A stretch of 56,495 bases of DNA, filler included, from Bipalium vagum (taxonomy: Eukaryota): the NCBI GenBank assembly GCA_037834085.1. It is 3 parts of 3 records of this genome, joined end to end, with 100 filler letters (N's around TTAATTAATTAA, not from the genome) between each part and the next. Parts side by side here need not be neighbours in the genome. Positions count along the whole stretch, not along the records: positions 39,195 to 56,495 come from JBBMKC010072237.1; 2 more parts are not named here. One strand, given 5' to 3'. Shown in pieces: positions 52,144-56,495 of the stretch. The notes beneath the pieces are model-generated. The model searched no databases. It saw nothing but the letters and a program-made list of their open reading frames with translations, and was not told the DNA's origin. The translations under genes and the position numbers were made by a program. Numbering within the stretch: the first letter of the stretch is position 1; each line of letters starts with the position of its first letter.

Positions 52144-53150
52144 TGTTGGGTTTTGAAGCATAATAATAATAATTTTTAAATAATAATAATAATTTTTTAA
52201 TTAATAATAATAAATATTTTTCGTTAAATTTTTTTTATTAACTTTTTTTTGATTACCAAATCCCGCCGTGAGAATTTTCGGCAGATTACGCTAATGGATG
52301 ATCTGACAGGATTCCATTAGCCTTGATATGAGTCTATCTCGGCATTGAGATAGAGTTAATGGCTATTAGGGAAAGTAGCCGTCTCTAAGCGTAGGGATAG
52401 GTGATCGTAGACCAATCTCTACGACCATATAAAGAGACGGCTATTTCCTTTAATGGCTCAGTGCTCAACAGAAGGGCCCAAAAAAGAGAAAAAGAAAAAA
52501 CGTTCATTCCACAGGATGATTAAGGACGACAGATCGCGACATTCAGGAGAACTTCAATCAGCAGGACGATTCAGGACGAAAGACCACACTATTCAGGGAA
52601 ACTCCAATTATCAAGAGGACTACGAGCCGAAGAAAGGAAATCGAGGTATTTTCAAGTGGATATGACTTCGCAGGAGGATTCTACAAGGAGACCCAGCGAG
52701 CTTGGGAACCCCTAGGTGACCTGAGAAGGACCTAGAGGGCGACCCGGGGACCCCTTGTCGCTCTTGGTGAGGCCGTTTTGTTTTACTCTTGACTCTTTCT
52801 TTTGTGATCATTTCTTTCTTCTCTTTTATTATAATAGTAACAGTATTTTTATTTATTTATTTATTTATCATTATTCTTGTTGACATTGTTATTTATAGAC
52901 TCATTGATTAAAGGGTGATTTAACGAAGTGAATTGTCGTTTCGGTCATTATTTTCCAGTGCGATTGTGTTTTGTTCAAATAAAGTTTTATTGTAGAAGTT
53001 TGATTCAGTTCTTAATGGTGCGGATACGGTATTGTGGTGGGTGTTTTAACTCGAAAAGGTTGAGAGGAGTTACGGACACAACGATTTATAAAAAGTGAGG
53101 AGTCACGAGCACACGAGCACACGTTACTACGTCTAAGTATAATAGTAAAA
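52144..53150 (+). mobile_element. Solo LTR copy B (1007 bp)
   Basis: Starts TGTTGGG, ends TATAATAGTAAAA (terminal CA mutated). Exact TSD AATC at 52140-52143 and 53151-53154. AAT-rich 5' tract, TATAAA at ~52428, AATAAA at ~52978. Confidence 0.92.
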
Positions 53151-53597
53151 AATCTGAAAAAAGGATATTCCGCAGTGATAAAATTATTTTTCTTCACAAT
53201 GAATCGAAATGGACACCAGGTTTGGAACAGATTAGTACCAATTGAATTAGATATCTTCCAGAGAATGTGTCATTAACCTGAAGTGAAAATCTGTTAGACC
53301 AATGTCCGAGAGTACACTGAGTACAAAAGGATTTGAAGGTCTAACAGTGTTTGCTTGAAGATTGAAGAAATATGTTGTGTTGTATTTTCGAGCAGAAGAT
53401 TGATTTTGTTGGGTTAACCAAAGGTACGAAATCCGATATTATAATAATAAATAATAATAATAATTAAAATCTTTTAAATAAAAAAATTTTTCTTTTAAAT
53501 TATTCCAAAAGTCATATATCAAAATCTCGCCCTCGGCTAATGGATTTTCATGACAGTCGTTTTCATATGTCCCATTGTGGGGATGGTAAGTTTCAAT

Positions 53598-53825
53598 TAC
53601 CGTAAAGTACCGGGGATAAACCGCACCATATGTATAAGGCGCACTCATGTTTAAAAATATATTTCATTTTTCTTTAGATAAGGCGCTTATCCAAGTATAA
53701 GGCGCACAACAAATATTTGTTTTAATATTTCATTTTAATGTAAAAAATGTGTTTAATTTAAAAAAATGCCTAAAACTAGACATTCATATAGTGCAGAACA
53801 TAAGCTGAAGGTGATTTTGTTTGAT
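53598..53825 (+). mobile_element. pogo/Tigger-type transposon 5' fragment inside LTR C
   Basis: TA-CCGTAAAGTACCGGGGATAAACCGCAC terminus, repeated TAAGGCGC subterminal motifs, and ATG at 53766 giving MPKTRHSYSAEHKLKVILF (Brinker-type DBD start). Confidence 0.75.
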
Positions 53826-54152
53826 CAAACTCTATCTCGGCGTGGAGATAGACTTTCATTAATGGCTATTAGGGAAAATATCCGTCTCTAAGCGTAGGGA
53901 TTGGTGATCGTAGACCAAATTCTATTGGTATATAAAGAGACGGTTATTCCCAGAAAAGGGCCGCAAAAAAAATAAAAGGAGTTTTATATTATCATTATTA
54001 GGTAGAAGAAGACTGTTATTGTATAGCAGAAGATTATTATTTCTTGGAAGTGTTATTGCCTAGAAGGATATTGTTAATTGAAATCGAAGAATATTTCCAA
54101 GGATCATTTCGCCAGAAAAAAATTCTGTATTTTTGTGTACGTTCGTTAATGA

Positions 54153-54736
54153 TAGTTATATTACTATTATACTTAGCTCGCAAAGTTTACTGACTCCTTC
54201 ACTTTTGTCAAAACTTGTACGTAAATGAATGAATCAAAACAACTAAAAACAACACTATTATCAAATTAACAATAACAAACACAATGTCCCAATATAATCA
54301 ATAAAAATGTCTTCAATCACAAAATAAAATTTTTTAATAGTCGATCACACTAAAAATCAAATTTCTTGAATAACGATCAATTAAATAATTAAATGTCAAT
54401 ATCAATTAAAAAGAAAAACAAAATAACGATATCCTCATTTTGTCGACGACAGATCCAAAGGGTGGTTTGCTGAGCTCAATCCAATTCGTTCAGATAGCAC
54501 AGGACCCGTCGTAAGCTCCTGTCGCATAGAGGGCATAAATGGCTGTTTACTAAGTGCAGCTTTGTCCTTGATCGTAAATTTCTTCTGACACTTCTCGGAG
54601 AATTTTATGACAATCCACTGTGGATTCCAACTTTTTAAATACTATTCTGGTTAGACGACTAACCAGTCTTTTTTTGCGGTCTTTAACAAAAATTTTTACA
54701 AAGGTTAACGGGGATATATCCTTGGCTAAGCCAACA
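54153..54736 (-). mobile_element. Short related LTR (copy E) nested in opposite orientation within LTR C
   Basis: Minus strand starts TGTTGGC (54736) and ends CTAAGTATAATAGTAATATAACTA; ATGA flanks both sides (54149-54152, 54737-54740). Confidence 0.65.
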
Positions 54737-55819
54737 ATGATGACATCTCAGAAGGATTATACAAGGGTCCCAGCGAGTTTGGGAATCCCTAGGTAACCTG
54801 TAAAGGATCTAGAGAACCCTCCGGAGACCCCTTGTCGCTCAAAAAGAGACTATTTTCGATTTCTTTTTATTTTTTGTGTTCTTAATTTTAAATATTCTTT
54901 TGAACTTCATTACATTAAATATTATTTTAAATCATAAGTTATTTTAACTTGCACTTGTGTTAAATTGATTTTCAGACAGTTCAGTAGTTTTTACTTTGAT
55001 TCTTGAGTTGATTGTGATTTTTGGTGATTAGTGTGAGTAGTTCAGTTTTGCATTATAATAAAGTTTTACTGTGATTTGTTTTGATTCAACTGGGATGCGG
55101 ATAAAGTATTATTGTGGGAGTTTTGATTCAAAATGAGTTTAACTTTGTGTTAAGTGAGGAGTTAATGATTAACGAGTGAAAATTACTTTGATAGGGTATA
55201 ATAGTAACAGTTTTGCGTCGAATGATGGTTGTTGTAGATCTTGTTTTAATCTTTTTTTTAAAGATTAAAGTTTTTTTTCCTTAATAACTGTTTCCTTCGA
55301 TTTCGCGAGTTCATGGTACACGAAACTTCATTATCTTCAAACTTTCTTTTAGCTGAATTTGTCTTCAAATCGAAGTCGACTGATTTTAATTAGGTAAATC
55401 AGAATTTGCAACTTGACAACGATGGAACCCCATCATCATGTTTCCTCAACCATTTGATGTATCTTTGCAACTGATATTTCCCATATCAAATAATAACATT
55501 AATATATGTCCCAAGTTTAATTTTGACCTATTCATTTATTGCGCCGTCTAAAAATGTTTATTTAAACAAACAATATTCCTAAATCCATATAAACATTTAA
55601 TATTTAAAATAAATTTTTATTTTGAGTTTATTACAAATAAAAATAATTTTGTTGGTTATTTCAATTTTAGACCAGATTTACCGCATTCTCTAATAAATAT
55701 TTAAACAAAGTAAAATATTTCATTAATAAATAACATTAATCTTTGATATACTCTCTTCCATTATTTATAACCTCAAGTAACTTTGACATTCTGCTTACAA
55801 AAATGACTTTTTTTGATTA

Positions 55820-56340
55820 AGACTTATACAAATGATCTAATGTTCTGTAGAGATCTTTAATGATCTATAAAGATTTTCAAATCTTTTTTCCACTAATTGT
55901 TGCTTTTAATCGAACAATTAACTGGATTTAGATTTAAAAGATTATTAGATCGTTTCTCTGGTGCAAGTGATGATGGTTTTATATTAACTCGAACAATACT
56001 AATCGGGAAAAACTATCGGTGTTTCGTTTTTTTTGCAAGTGACAGCTTTCCTATTTGAGCAGTCTTTGTACCATTTACTGGTCGATTAAAGTTCATTCTA
56101 CTTTAAAATTCATTCTACTCAACCTGAAGCATCATTTTCATTAGCTGAATTAAACTTATTTCATACAATAAAGTTGTCTATCAATGATTTTTTCATAAGT
56201 TTAATGAAAATCTTGTCACCATTACTAACCATCATTGATGTGGTACCCGCAAAAAACTTGAATGACCAGATGAAGATGTTTCATGATCTTACATTGACCT
56301 AGGTTATCAACGGTTTTCTACATTACTTCAACATTGAGAA
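55820..56340 (-). mobile_element. Degenerate retroviral-type integrase core remnant
   Basis: FAGTTSMMVSNGDKIFIKLMKK...NKFNSANENDASG*VE resembles FGxPxxIVSDNG...F...S..Y....NG.VER. Confidence 0.4.
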
Positions 56341-56425
56341 ATAGTACTTAGGATTTCTGACATTGATAAAAATCAAAAATAAACAGTAAAAATAAAATTG
56401 AATGATTTTCAAAGTATTAAGTTAA

Positions 56426-56427
<2 letters not shown>

Positions 56428-56495
<68 letters not shown>
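56428..56495 (+). repeat. (ATT)n microsatellite running off the window end
   Basis: Seen directly. Confidence 0.98.

Larger units (their letters stand above)
53407..55209 (+). mobile_element. LTR copy C, carrying two nested insertions
   Basis: TGTTGGGTT at 53407 and TATAATAGTAACA ending at 55209; flanks ATTT/GTTT (3 of 4 match). Segments ~53830-53960 and ~54740-55209 are colinear with copy B. Confidence 0.8.

Noticed and set aside
52144-55209. LTR B + spacer + LTR C as one TRIM/LARD element
   Set aside because: B has its own exact TSD, the two LTRs are clearly diverged, and no PBS follows B.
1-56495. CRISPR arrays, tRNA, rRNA or prokaryotic operons
   Set aside because: None seen; the sequence is eukaryotic with spliceosomal introns and has no regular repeat-spacer array.

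Overview
Very AT-rich, gapped draft sequence from an invertebrate animal (inferred from sarcospan-like and Cys-loop receptor exons and 46-52 nt GT-AG introns). It is mostly decayed mobile elements: many Tc1/mariner remnants, a pogo 5' end, a hAT-like transposase pseudogene, Ty3/Gypsy gag-pol and integrase remnants, and a 5'-truncated NeSL/Utopia-like REL non-LTR element. Host genes are sparse: a sarcospan/CD20-like exon, two exons of a Cys-loop ligand-gated ion channel, a two-exon fragment of unknown function, and an intact intronless 493-aa protein with two identically spaced RING-type fingers. The most notable unannotated structure is a family of ~0.6-1.3 kb TGTTGG...GTAACA solo LTRs: three clear copies (two with exact 4-bp TSDs) and two probable ones. 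They carry an (AAT)n tract, a long hairpin enclosing the TATA box, and a 76-nt multibranch fold with compensatory base changes between copies. One copy interrupts an endogenous Polinton/adintovirus penton-like gene, whose frame is restored when the LTR and one TSD are removed. All family assignments come from motif recognition by eye; no database search was run.
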